A program made the position numbers and the translations under genes. A DNA stretch of 64,000 nt from an uncultured Thermoplasmata archaeon (GTDB taxonomy: Archaea; Thermoplasmatota; Thermoplasmata; UBA10834), in NCBI GenBank assembly GCA_963719945.1, contig CAVRDX010000001.1, positions 320,001-384,000 on the forward strand. Direction: 5' to 3'. Shown here in pieces: positions 50,256 to 60,677 of this stretch (position 1 is its first letter; every line of letters starts with the position of its first letter). The notes beneath the pieces were generated by a model. That model had not been told where the DNA came from, ran no database searches, and saw only the letters and a list, made by a program, of their open reading frames with translations.

Positions 50256-52168
50256 ATGTCCAGCTCTTCTTCTCTGAACGCGACAACTGGGCACGGGCCC
50301 AGGCATTTGCTGCAATGGGTGCACTTCTCGGCATCGATGATCGCTCTACCATCCAGGTGCAGGGCACCGAACTCGCATCTTCCGATACATATCCCGCAGC
50401 CAGTGCAATTCATCGCCTTGAACACAATCTCTTTGGTGATCAAAGCTCTTCGATCGAGTTCCTCTTCCGTTTTGCCTCTTATCATGACTGGTCCTTCACC
50501 GAATACCGTCAGGCCGCGCACCTCTACGATCTCTCCATCTGGTGATGTCGTAACTGTGCCTATCGCATTCATGAGGTTGGCGACCCTATCCATGTCTAGT
50601 CGTTTTGTGAATACACCTTCCATGCTCAATCCTTCGACACATGGGCTGTAACCTTTCGTGCTTCTGAACTCGAGGGGTGTTTCGCTCTCCTGGGTTGATT
50701 CATTCGCCTTCAGGTCGATGCCTTTCATGGACAATTCGCTCAAAATCGATTCCGGCACCTTTCGCCATCTCCATAGGTCGTATTCTCTCCATGCGTCGGG
50801 CATGCCTTTCCTCTTAGAGTATTCGTCGAGCAGCGCGTCCCATCTCCCATATTCCTTGCTTATATCCCTGACCTTCTTCAACTCGGCGAGATCCGTCGCT
50901 GGACACAAGAAACAACCTATTCTTTCCAACCCCTGGCGGTACAGGGGATTGTAGTTCGCCTTCCTCGAAAAGAGATAGATCCAGACATGGAGGGCGGTCC
51001 ATTTCTGAATCGGTGATGCGCCAAGCTGGTTCGGGGTCCAAGGATTCCTCCATATGCGTCCCTTGCCCGCCCTGAGTTCTGATTCGTAAGCACGTTGTCC
51101 TATGAATGAAAGAACACCCTTCGGGAAATTCTTCTGGATTATCCTCGTGGCCGGCCCCAGCTTGCATGTCTTGCAGCACCATCTGTAATCCTTTGCCGGA
51201 GGGCCGAAGAGCGAGACATTCCTCCAAAAAGCGTCCCCTGCTTCTTCCTTGACTATTTCCAGAGAATATTCCTCAGCGACCTCCTCGACGTTCCTCCTGG
51301 TCTCCTGGAACTCGAGTCCCGTGTCTATGAACATGAGCTTTGGTCTGATTCCAGCCTCGAGGACCAACAACAATGTCGCGAGACTATCTTTTCCGCCGCT
51401 GTAGGAAACTGCGATGGGCAGGGGATTCTCGCTCACCACCCTGCTGATGAAAGTCTTGGCCTCGCTCACTCTACGTTCCAAGACCTCTTGATTGGCAACA
51501 AGCACATCATCCCAAGTAACCTCAGCGCCTCGTGGTTCATGGGCTTCATTCGACACGACCCACCTTGTCTTGACCGCGGTTCCCTTCGTGCCTGGTCTGA
51601 GCATCTCCTCTGCAGACATCTTCGCGACGCCTACTGAGACCGGTTGTCTTCCCTTGTCCAGAACCAATACGTCGTCTCCCTGCCTGATCCCTGGGTCGCA
51701 TTCGAGAACCCCAACCGCCAATGTGCTCGCCTTTCTATTCCTGATGGGATCGAGAGCTCCGTCATCGACGATGACCCAGCTCTTTGAGATCAGTGGTGCG
51801 AGGAGTTTGGCGCTGAGCGGCTTGAGCAGGAATCTGTTCCCGTGCACTATGTCGAACCTGATTGCGCCCGCGACCTCCCCGTCAAGGATTATCTCATCCA
51901 TGCGGTCCAGGTCTGGCGCTTTGTTCAAAAGAACGATCTTTTCAGACGGTATCAGGGCATCTCCGGTTCCGGGGCCGAACTGTCGGTTCACGATCTCTCG
52001 GATGTACTGAATATCTGATTCGAAAGCGGGCCTCGCATCTCCCGGAGGAGTGATCTGGAGCCCTCTCGTATCCGAGCCGCATCTCCCACAAGACCTCTCC
52101 TCGAGTACCGGAAGGTTGCAGGCATCGCACCAGCGAAGGTGGATCTTGCCAAGTCGTATCTCTGCCAC
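50252..52168 (-). CDS. PAPS-reductase-family protein with PUA and 4Fe-4S ferredoxin domains
   Basis: N-terminal Zn-finger (WCDACN..CGRCG), PUA domain, SYSGGKDS, RWCCKTCK, RIGCFLCP, two C-terminal ferredoxin motifs. Confidence 0.9.
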   Translation of the reverse strand: MAEIRLGKIHLRWCDACNLPVLEERSCGRCGSDTRGLQITPPGDARPAFESDIQYIREIVNRQFGPGTGDALIPSEKIVLLNKAPDLDRMDEIILDGEVAGAIRFDIVHGNRFLLKPLSAKLLAPLISKSWVIVDDGALDPIRNRKASTLAVGVLECDPGIRQGDDVLVLDKGRQPVSVGVAKMSAEEMLRPGTKGTAVKTRWVVSNEAHEPRGAEVTWDDVLVANQEVLERRVSEAKTFISRVVSENPLPIAVSYSGGKDSLATLLLVLEAGIRPKLMFIDTGLEFQETRRNVEEVAEEYSLEIVKEEAGDAFWRNVSLFGPPAKDYRWCCKTCKLGPATRIIQKNFPKGVLSFIGQRAYESELRAGKGRIWRNPWTPNQLGASPIQKWTALHVWIYLFSRKANYNPLYRQGLERIGCFLCPATDLAELKKVRDISKEYGRWDALLDEYSKRKGMPDAWREYDLWRWRKVPESILSELSMKGIDLKANESTQESETPLEFRSTKGYSPCVEGLSMEGVFTKRLDMDRVANLMNAIGTVTTSPDGEIVEVRGLTVFGEGPVMIRGKTEEELDRRALITKEIVFKAMNCTGCGICIGRCEFGALHLDGRAIIDAEKCTHCSKCLGPCPVVAFREEELDI

Positions 52169-52203
52169 AAGCTTCTGGAAAGTGCCTACGTATTATAGAC
52201 TTT

Positions 52204-52212
52204 CCACTCAGA
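52204..52212 (+). repeat. Target-site duplication, left copy (CCACTCAGA)
   Basis: Identical to 53587-53595 and abuts the left TIR. Confidence 0.9.
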
Positions 52213-53586
52213 GGTTCTGTCAATCTTCGGATGGTGTTGTCGATGGTGCCTTTCCAGATGACATGAATATCTCGTCGATCGCACGAGTAGCATGCATGTA
52301 GCCAGGTAGCGGATATGTTCCTATCCAGATGCTTTCTTCGATGCTCCACAGAGCAGTCGTGTTCCACATTCAGGGTGAGCTACCATCTGAGGTTAGGGCG
52401 CTCATGGTAGGTTTTCGCCTGGCAGTCAACTCCGCGATCAGAGCCGGTTTGCATGCGAGAGTGACCTCCAGGAACGCCCTGGCGAAGCTGGCGTACAAAG
52501 ACTTCAGGAAGGAGCATCCGAACATGTATGCCCAGCATCTGGTATCCTCGTTCGAAGTCGCGGGTTCGATACTCAAGAACCTCCGAAGGCGTTGGGGGAA
52601 GGGTCCAATTCATCGCATTCCATATGTGCGGCGACTGATGATGAAGGCGGAGAACCAGGCATACAAGCTCGATCGAGAGAATGGCGTGGTCGACCTTCCG
52701 ATACGAGCAGGATGTCATGTGAAGCTGAGGCTCGTCCTGAGCGATTACCATCGCGTCTTTCTGAACGACAGAACTCTCTCCCTTGGTTCACTGACACTCC
52801 TATCTGACAGGGTCATAATAGTCTTCAGGAAGAGTCCACCTAAATCATACATTCCAGAGATGGCCCTGTCTCTGGATACCAATGAGCGGAGCTTGGACGG
52901 CGTGTTCCTGAGCAAAGGGGAAAGTGCGCCAGTTCAAGCAGCATATCCCGATGTCGCGATAATCCAGGCACGGCATCACGATCGACGTAAGCGTCTTCAG
53001 AAGAGGAAGGCGCACGATCGACGGACATCTAGACGGTTGTGCAACAAAGAGGGGAGGAGGGAACGCCATCGGATCGAGTACCGCATGCACCAGGTGGCCA
53101 ACGCAGTGCTCGGCTTCGCGGAGGAGCATAAATCGACGATTGTGCTCGAGGATCTGAATGGTATGATCGGGCGTAAGCGTGGCAAGTCGCTCAACAGACG
53201 TTTGAGTTCGTGGCCTCGGAGGAAGCTGCACAACATCATCGAGTACAAGGCAGCCTGGAAAGGCGTGCCAATCATCAAGGTCGATCCATACAACAGCAGC
53301 AGGAGGTGCCCGATATGTGGGAGATTGAATCATTCCCGAATGGGCGCCGAGTTCGAGTGTGAGTGCGGTTGGCGTGCGGACAGGCATGTCAACGCCGGCA
53401 TAAACCTGCTGCAGACAGCCTTCCCGGATGGGATGGCAGGGGGCTTACGGTTCAGCCCCGGCGCGTTCCAGCATGACGTGGTGATGACCCTCTACGACCC
53501 ATTCATGGGCGCACGGTCGGAGCCGAATGGGACGAGTCGATCGGTGGGGCGGTCATGATGACCACCACCCGATTATTGACAGAACC
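52213..53586 (+). mobile_element. Non-autonomous TnpB-carrying insertion element with TIRs and a 9-bp TSD (1,374 bp)
   Basis: GGTTCTGTCAAT (52213-52224) and ATTGACAGAACC (53575-53586) are perfect inverted repeats; CCACTCAGA flanks both ends; the only gene is tnpB. Confidence 0.9.
52329..53558 (+). CDS. tnpB: TnpB-family RNA-guided endonuclease
   Basis: RuvC-I LSLDTNERSLD, bridge region RMHQVAN, RuvC-II IVLEDL, IEYKA, SSRRCPICG..FECECG zinc finger, RuvC-III DRHVNAGINL. Confidence 0.93.
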   Translation: MLSSMLHRAVVFHIQGELPSEVRALMVGFRLAVNSAIRAGLHARVTSRNALAKLAYKDFRKEHPNMYAQHLVSSFEVAGSILKNLRRRWGKGPIHRIPYVRRLMMKAENQAYKLDRENGVVDLPIRAGCHVKLRLVLSDYHRVFLNDRTLSLGSLTLLSDRVIIVFRKSPPKSYIPEMALSLDTNERSLDGVFLSKGESAPVQAAYPDVAIIQARHHDRRKRLQKRKAHDRRTSRRLCNKEGRRERHRIEYRMHQVANAVLGFAEEHKSTIVLEDLNGMIGRKRGKSLNRRLSSWPRRKLHNIIEYKAAWKGVPIIKVDPYNSSRRCPICGRLNHSRMGAEFECECGWRADRHVNAGINLLQTAFPDGMAGGLRFSPGAFQHDVVMTLYDPFMGARSEPNGTSRSVGRS

Positions 53587-53595
53587 CCACTCAGA
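53587..53595 (+). repeat. Target-site duplication, right copy (CCACTCAGA)
   Basis: Identical to 52204-52212 and abuts the right TIR. Confidence 0.9.
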
Positions 53596-53596
53596 C

Positions 53597-54010
53597 CTAC
53601 TTGAGCGCCTTGAGCTGCTTTACGACAGATTCGACGGCGTCCTTCGCCCTCTCTATCCTGTCCTCTGCCTGGAGCCTGCTCATGCCTGGGCCCGTGATGC
53701 CGAGGCCGACGGGTTTCTCGAACTCGACCGCGAGATCGGTGATTTTCCTCGCTGCTTGGCCTATGACGATCTGGTCATGTGCAGTCTCACCCTCTATGAC
53801 CGCGCCAATCGTCACGACGCCATCAATCGATTTATCCTTCAGAAGCGTCTTGATCGCCAGAGGCATATCGAAGACGCCCGGGACCATCATGATTCTGGAT
53901 ACATCTACATCCAGGAATTTCGCATGCTCCTTCGCCCTTTCAAGCATCATCTGTGTCAGGTCGAAATTGAATTCGCTGCACACGATGCCAATCTTGTACT
54001 TGCTTGCCAT
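53597..54010 (-). CDS. ribH: 6,7-dimethyl-8-ribityllumazine synthase
   Basis: SEFN, VPGVFDMP, GAVIEGETAH, KPVGLGITGP. Confidence 0.95.
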   Translation of the reverse strand: MASKYKIGIVCSEFNFDLTQMMLERAKEHAKFLDVDVSRIMMVPGVFDMPLAIKTLLKDKSIDGVVTIGAVIEGETAHDQIVIGQAARKITDLAVEFEKPVGLGITGPGMSRLQAEDRIERAKDAVESVVKQLKALK

Positions 54011-54034
54011 TTCAGAACCTCCTTCTTTCAATCG

Positions 54035-54951
<917 letters not shown>

Positions 54952-54957
54952 GGGAGT

Positions 54958-55665
54958 CTACCTCTTCCTGAACTCCTTCCACGCATCGATCACGTCTTTC
55001 CCCTCGATGAAGACCAGATCGTGTTTCTCAGCATATGTTCTTGCCGCTTCCTTCGAGAGAGCCCTGCCATCGTCTCCCATCATCTCACAGATGGTTGCTG
55101 ATGGCACGAGTCCCGTCATTATGACGAGGGCGGTGGTGAGTTCGGTGTGGCCGAACCTGGTCTCGAGTATCTGATCCGATGTGTTTAGAAGATGAACATG
55201 TCCGGGGGCCCTGAAGTTATTACCCAGTTCTCTCTTGCCCCAACCGTCTCCCTGTGCGACAGCTGTCCTTGCGAGTTTTGCGAACTCTGTGATCGTCAGG
55301 GCTCTATCGTCATCGGTTATGCCTGTGAATGTCTTCCGATGGTTTATCGTGATCCCGAAAGCGGATTTGACGTCGTATGGGATATCATTGGGCGTAAGCC
55401 CCTTCATTACGGGGTACTCTTCAGACATCCCCGCGAACACTTCTGTAAGGAATGGCAATCCGAGGCTTCTCCTTATGGCCGGGTCTGCAGTTGTGCAAAT
55501 CAACCCTCCAGCATTCTTCCTCAGAGTCCTTATCGCTGAAGATGTGACGAACTCAGATGCGATGACCATGTCCGTCTCCTCCTCACGACCGTCGGCGTCG
55601 TACACGAGGACGAACCGTCCTTCCCTGAGCTCATTGAGCGCTCGCAACACGGTATCTGAAGCCAT
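54958..55665 (-). CDS. ribB: 3,4-dihydroxy-2-butanone-4-phosphate synthase
   Basis: DADGREEETD, TGITDDDR, FRAPGH, RFGHTE, ICEM. Confidence 0.95.
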   Translation of the reverse strand: MASDTVLRALNELREGRFVLVYDADGREEETDMVIASEFVTSSAIRTLRKNAGGLICTTADPAIRRSLGLPFLTEVFAGMSEEYPVMKGLTPNDIPYDVKSAFGITINHRKTFTGITDDDRALTITEFAKLARTAVAQGDGWGKRELGNNFRAPGHVHLLNTSDQILETRFGHTELTTALVIMTGLVPSATICEMMGDDGRALSKEAARTYAEKHDLVFIEGKDVIDAWKEFRKR

Positions 55666-55724
55666 CTGAGTCGTTCATTCGGTGGGAACATATTATGGAT
55701 GTTGTAGTTACCATTCCGAAAGTA

Positions 55725-58628
55725 TCAGTCTACCCTTCTTAAAGCCTCAGCGGGGGCCAGTCTGGCTGCCTTCCTAGACGGTGACAGAGTCGATGCGAGT
55801 GTCATCGCGAAAGCGATGATCGTTATCATGAGGATCTCGGACCATGGTATCACAAAGTGCGAGAACTCATCGAACCCTCCCCATGCGAACAACCTCCACG
55901 AGAGGCCCAGCCCGAGCAATATGCCCAGCGTTATCCCCAGCAGCGACACGAACGATGTCTCCAGGAGGAAAGTCTTCAGAATCATGTCCCTCTGAAAACC
56001 TATCGCCCTCATGACGCCTATCTCCTGCCTCCTCTCTGCGATGTTCCTTATGGTTATGATGCCGAGTCCTGTGATGCCAACGATGAGGCCAACGCCCAGG
56101 AAGATCTCCATGAGTTGCATGGTCGATGACGACATCTTCATGAATTCTTCGATGAGATCCTTCACGACGACTGCCATCAGGCCATACTCGGCGAAGGTCT
56201 TCTCCATCTCAGCCCTTATCTGCTCGTCAGTGAACCCTGTGCCACCGATTGTATCTATGTAGAACAGGTTCTGTTGATAGGTCGGAGCATTCGTCTCTAC
56301 GAACTCTACAGATGTGAATACACCATTCAGGAGCAATTGGTCCATGATGCCTATCACAGTCATGTTCTTCGTCATGCCGGTGGAGAATGTCACAGTGAAT
56401 GTGTCGTCAACACCGAGTGGCAAACCGCCAGAAGTGAACGAGAACATGCTCTGGGAATAGCTGCCATCGAGTATTGCGAGACTCGAGTTGCTGGCTATCG
56501 CATTCCAAGCGTCCTCATCCGAGGAGAAATTCTCTGATCTCGATGCCAGTGAGAAATCTCCATCAGATAGCATTCGGTCATTGAATCCTATCAGATTCGC
56601 TGTGGGTGTGAGGTTGGAACTATCGGTATGCAAGGACACGAGCGCCGATCTGGCCGATTCGACCCGCATTATCACGTCTGTCCCAAGCGAAGCATTTACC
56701 TCATCCATTCCATCGACCATGTCCTCGTCAGTGATGTCGTGGAGCGAGAAGGCGATTATCTCAAATCCTCCAGAGAACTTCTCGGACATCGTGTCCACGC
56801 TTTCCCTCTGGAAGGACGCGATCATCGCTATGACGATCACTGTGAACATTATCAATGCGAATATGAAGAGTGTCAGCCCTGTCCTGAACTTCTTGTTCAA
56901 GGGATAACTGATGGCGATCTTCAATATCGGCAGCATGGTCTTCCCGCGTCCGAACAGTCTCATGAGTCCGGCCAAGAGCAGGTCGCTATTGAACATGGCC
57001 AGGATCACGCCACCCGTGACCAGTAGGACTCCGGATAAAATGAACATCTCCATGTCTCCTCCCAGCGCTCCGAATATCTGGTCTACAATATCGAGTGGGT
57101 CCAGCATCCAGAATATCATGAAGATGCCTGCAAGGGAGAATGGCACACGCGGACCGACGAACCTGATAGCTATCATGGCCGCTCCCAATGCGATAAGACA
57201 TGGGCCACTCACGATGCCTGCGGCTTGCTCCGCGGAAGCGCTCACTATGATCATCAGAATGCCAAACAGAATAGCCAGTGCGCCTGTGATGATGTATCTT
57301 CTCTCCGATTTCACAAGCATCGGTTCAGGTATGTCCCTGATCGCTCTCACTATGTTGAGCTTGCTCACGCGCCATGATGCGATGATCACTGTCAACGCTG
57401 TGAGCAGGAATCCGGAAGTGGCAGCGATTCCAAGGCTCTCCCATTGGAAGTGAAGAGACCAGCTCATGCCAGCGCCTCCGAAGATCATCGAGAAGGCTTC
57501 CAGCATCACGAAGGCTATTAGCAGCCCTGCAAATGCGCCGACGATCGAAGCCGCAATCGCATATACGATGCCTTCGAACATGAATGTCTGGGTAAGATCT
57601 CCTCTCTGCATGCCGATGGCTCTGGAAATGCCCATCTCGGGCTTCCTCTCCTCGGCCAGCATGACAAATATATTGATGATGAGCGCGATGCCGGCGATTA
57701 TTGCGAAAGAGCTCATCACTATGAATATCTGAGATATCTGATCCGCAGCCGTCTCCGCTGATTCTACACCGTCTCTCTTGACCTCAGATATCTCGTAGTC
57801 ATATGCGGGGTCCAGGTTCTGCTCTAGCTCGACGACCGCCTGCTCGGATACTCTGTATCCTTCTTCGATGCTTCCAAGGCACGAGACGTCGATTGCGTTG
57901 ATCATACCCGGTCTTGCGAATATGGAGTCCTGAGCAAATTGCAGATCAATGAATAGAATGTCCGAGAATCGCCAGATCCCCATGCCCTCCTCCACAGCCA
58001 CACCAGCTACTTCTAGATAGACCGGCATGCCGTCTTTAGAGAGGACGAAGAGCTGGTCTCCAATCGACGCATCTATTTCATCGGCGAGACCCGCATTCAA
58101 AACGACCTTTCCAGAGGTAATGTCCTCCGCTCCGAAGTCGTTCCCATCGGAATCCATCAGTCCTCCTATGGCGTTATTGGGGTCGTAGGCGAATATTAGT
58201 GCGGAAGGAATTGAAAGGTTATTATTCACATTGATTATCGTCGCAGCTCTCCTTATGGCCGGCGTGACCATATCGATGTGTGGCATCGATCCAGATTCCT
58301 GACTGCCGATCAGGTCATCTGCAATGGTTTGGTTGAAGAACACCGACGCTCCGGATTCATCCTCGACGGTCACGAGTATGTCTGCGTTGCCAGAGCTCTC
58401 GAACACATCGCCCTTGATGATATAGTCTAGGGTGTCCCCGACTACGAGTGATCCTGATATCATCGCCGTGGCTACGAGCAGGCCACTGACCACTATGACC
58501 GCATACCTTGTCCTCCTGGTGACGTTCCTGATGGCCATCCGTGCGAACATCCTGCGTCTCATTGCCAGGAGTCCTACAGCAACCAAAACGATGGCGACGA
58601 TGACGACAAGCTGAACAAGTGCACTCAT
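55725..58628 (-). CDS. ABC transporter permease, double FtsX/MacB type
   Basis: Two FtsX repeats (ERKPEMGISRAIG; ERRQEIGVMRAIG) with large extracytoplasmic domains. Confidence 0.9.
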   Translation of the reverse strand: MSALVQLVVIVAIVLVAVGLLAMRRRMFARMAIRNVTRRTRYAVIVVSGLLVATAMISGSLVVGDTLDYIIKGDVFESSGNADILVTVEDESGASVFFNQTIADDLIGSQESGSMPHIDMVTPAIRRAATIINVNNNLSIPSALIFAYDPNNAIGGLMDSDGNDFGAEDITSGKVVLNAGLADEIDASIGDQLFVLSKDGMPVYLEVAGVAVEEGMGIWRFSDILFIDLQFAQDSIFARPGMINAIDVSCLGSIEEGYRVSEQAVVELEQNLDPAYDYEISEVKRDGVESAETAADQISQIFIVMSSFAIIAGIALIINIFVMLAEERKPEMGISRAIGMQRGDLTQTFMFEGIVYAIAASIVGAFAGLLIAFVMLEAFSMIFGGAGMSWSLHFQWESLGIAATSGFLLTALTVIIASWRVSKLNIVRAIRDIPEPMLVKSERRYIITGALAILFGILMIIVSASAEQAAGIVSGPCLIALGAAMIAIRFVGPRVPFSLAGIFMIFWMLDPLDIVDQIFGALGGDMEMFILSGVLLVTGGVILAMFNSDLLLAGLMRLFGRGKTMLPILKIAISYPLNKKFRTGLTLFIFALIMFTVIVIAMIASFQRESVDTMSEKFSGGFEIIAFSLHDITDEDMVDGMDEVNASLGTDVIMRVESARSALVSLHTDSSNLTPTANLIGFNDRMLSDGDFSLASRSENFSSDEDAWNAIASNSSLAILDGSYSQSMFSFTSGGLPLGVDDTFTVTFSTGMTKNMTVIGIMDQLLLNGVFTSVEFVETNAPTYQQNLFYIDTIGGTGFTDEQIRAEMEKTFAEYGLMAVVVKDLIEEFMKMSSSTMQLMEIFLGVGLIVGITGLGIITIRNIAERRQEIGVMRAIGFQRDMILKTFLLETSFVSLLGITLGILLGLGLSWRLFAWGGFDEFSHFVIPWSEILMITIIAFAMTLASTLSPSRKAARLAPAEALRRVD

Positions 58629-58640
58629 GTCAATCCTCCT

Positions 58641-59390
58641 TCAGAATGGCGTCGGTGCGAATTCTTTTTCGATTCTGCCGTCCCGCATGGTCACTATCCT
58701 GTCAGCGATCTTCCCCACATTGTAGTCGTGGGTCACGATGATGAATGTCTGCGCATTCTCCTTGTTGAGATGCTTCAGGAGGTCCATTATCTCCTTGGAG
58801 TACTCGCTGTCGAGATTGCCTGTGGGCTCGTCACCGAAGACGATCTCAGGTTTGTTTACAAGTGATCGTGCTATCGTGACCCTCTGCTGTTGCCCGCCAG
58901 AGAGCTCCGCAGGCTTATGGTTCTTCCATTCCAGCAGGTCTACGGACTTGAGAGCTTCGGTTGCCCGTTCCCTCGCGAGTCGCGGATTAGTTCCTGAGAG
59001 TAACAGCGGAAGCTCCACGTTCTCTGCAGAGGTCAACACTGGCAGGAGGTTGTAAGCTTGGAATATGAAACCGATCTTCTCCGCCCGATAGCGAGTCCTC
59101 TCGCGATCGGACATGTCGGATAGCGGTCTCCCGCGTATGAACACCTCTCCCGAGGTTATGTCATCAAGACCAGACATGCAGTTGAGCAGTGTGGTTTTTC
59201 CGCAGCCAGAAGGTCCCATGACCGCTATCATCTCCCCTTCCTTTGCATGGAAATCGACACCTCTGAGAGCATCAACCTTGACTTTTCCGGAATCGTAGGT
59301 CTTGAAGATTCCTTTGGCTACGACTATTCCTTCGTCTGCGGGTGAGCTATCTTCCTTCTGCCTGACCCGTCTCGTTTTTTCATTCTTCAT
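58641..59390 (-). CDS. ABC transporter ATP-binding protein (LolD/MacB-like)
   Basis: GPSGCGKT, GFIFQAYNL, LSGGQQQR, DEPTGNLD. Confidence 0.95.
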   Translation of the reverse strand: MKNEKTRRVRQKEDSSPADEGIVVAKGIFKTYDSGKVKVDALRGVDFHAKEGEMIAVMGPSGCGKTTLLNCMSGLDDITSGEVFIRGRPLSDMSDRERTRYRAEKIGFIFQAYNLLPVLTSAENVELPLLLSGTNPRLARERATEALKSVDLLEWKNHKPAELSGGQQQRVTIARSLVNKPEIVFGDEPTGNLDSEYSKEIMDLLKHLNKENAQTFIIVTHDYNVGKIADRIVTMRDGRIEKEFAPTPF

Positions 59391-59559
59391 GCTCGTCCCC
59401 TCATCTGTGCCGAATTGCCATGGTAAATAACGGCCTTAACTCTGCGAAACCAGGAAGCATATTTAGGCTTTGTTGCGGGATTCCTTGGGTCACAGATTCA
59501 ATCAAGTAATCGCAACCTCATTTATACTCCGACGTACATTTGAGTATGGTTTTAGGCAT

Positions 59560-60600
59560 ATGCTCGATTCCGTCAAGAATATCCGCGCTATCGATCGAAA
59601 GGGCATGGCGTCCCTGATCGAAAAGATGCCTGACCATCTTTCCGAAGGTTTGAGGCGCGGGCGCAGGACAGGGCTTTCCAAATTCACTCCCAAGAACATA
59701 TTGATCTGTGGTATGGGTGGTTCAGCAATAGGTGGTGACCTTCTAAAGGCGTGGCTTATCGATTCGTGTGCGATTCCATGCGATGTAATCAGGTCCTATG
59801 CAGTTCCGAGCTACATCAGCAAGGATTCGCTTGTGATCACTGCAAGCTACTCGGGTAACACGGAGGAGACTCTGTCCATGCTCGAAGATGCGAGGAGGAG
59901 GAGAGCCAAGATAGTCTCCATCTCTTCTGGCGGCAAATTGGCTGAGGTCTCATCTACCTCTTCGATACCGCACGCGAGGATACCCACTGGCCTGCCTCCG
60001 AGAGCGACCATCGGGTTCATGTTCGGAGCGATGGTCGGCGTTGTTGAGCGGGTAGGGGCGGCAAAACCGGATAAGCAGGTCGAAGAGTCGCTTCGCGTCC
60101 TTGCCAAGATCAATGAGCTGTGTGGTCCCGCGGTGTCCACTCTTGATAACCCTGCCAAGAAGCTTGCACATGAGATGTTTGGCCGAGTACCCGTCATTGT
60201 AGGACAGGGCGTCGCTGCTCCGGTCGCCAAGAGGTGGGCCAACCAGCTCAATGAGAACGCAAAGTGTCTCGCATTCTCATCAGAATTGCCTGAAATGGAC
60301 CACAACGAGATCGTTGGGTACTCATCTGACCCTCGAGGAAAGGGTTTCTCAATCGTATTCTTGGATAAGAGCGCCAACGAAGAGCGGATGGCCGACAGGA
60401 TCGAGGCGACGATAGACATCGTGCGTTGCCATGCGCAGGTTCATTCCGTCGAGAGCTTGGGAAACAGTCCGATGGCAAAGATGCTCTCTCTTGTCATGCT
60501 CGGGGATTATGTGAGTGTGTACACGGCGATCCTCAACAAGGTCGACCCTTCCACCACTGAACCTATAGAACGCCTCAAATCGATTCTATCAAAAAAGTGA
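59560..60600 (+). CDS. Bifunctional phosphoglucose/phosphomannose isomerase
   Basis: GMGGSAIGG, SYSGNTEET, PPR, QLNENAK, PEMDHNE. Confidence 0.92.
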   Translation: MLDSVKNIRAIDRKGMASLIEKMPDHLSEGLRRGRRTGLSKFTPKNILICGMGGSAIGGDLLKAWLIDSCAIPCDVIRSYAVPSYISKDSLVITASYSGNTEETLSMLEDARRRRAKIVSISSGGKLAEVSSTSSIPHARIPTGLPPRATIGFMFGAMVGVVERVGAAKPDKQVEESLRVLAKINELCGPAVSTLDNPAKKLAHEMFGRVPVIVGQGVAAPVAKRWANQLNENAKCLAFSSELPEMDHNEIVGYSSDPRGKGFSIVFLDKSANEERMADRIEATIDIVRCHAQVHSVESLGNSPMAKMLSLVMLGDYVSVYTAILNKVDPSTTEPIERLKSILSKK

Positions 60601-60644
60601 GCATGATGGCTCTGCAGTTGTTCATATTCTCTGCTTGTTGTTTT

Positions 60645-60677
60645 AAAAAAGTGATGTGAGGGGACTGTCCCCCCTCA
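60645..60677 (-). terminator. Hairpin plus T-tract downstream of the RHH gene
   Basis: Minus strand TGAGGGG-ggacagt-CCCCTCA-catcac-TTTTTT. Confidence 0.55.

Noticed and set aside
60591-60654. 10-bp direct repeat AAAAAAGTGA as a possible TSD
   Set aside because: Low complexity, only 44 bp apart, no inverted ends; more likely T-tract terminators
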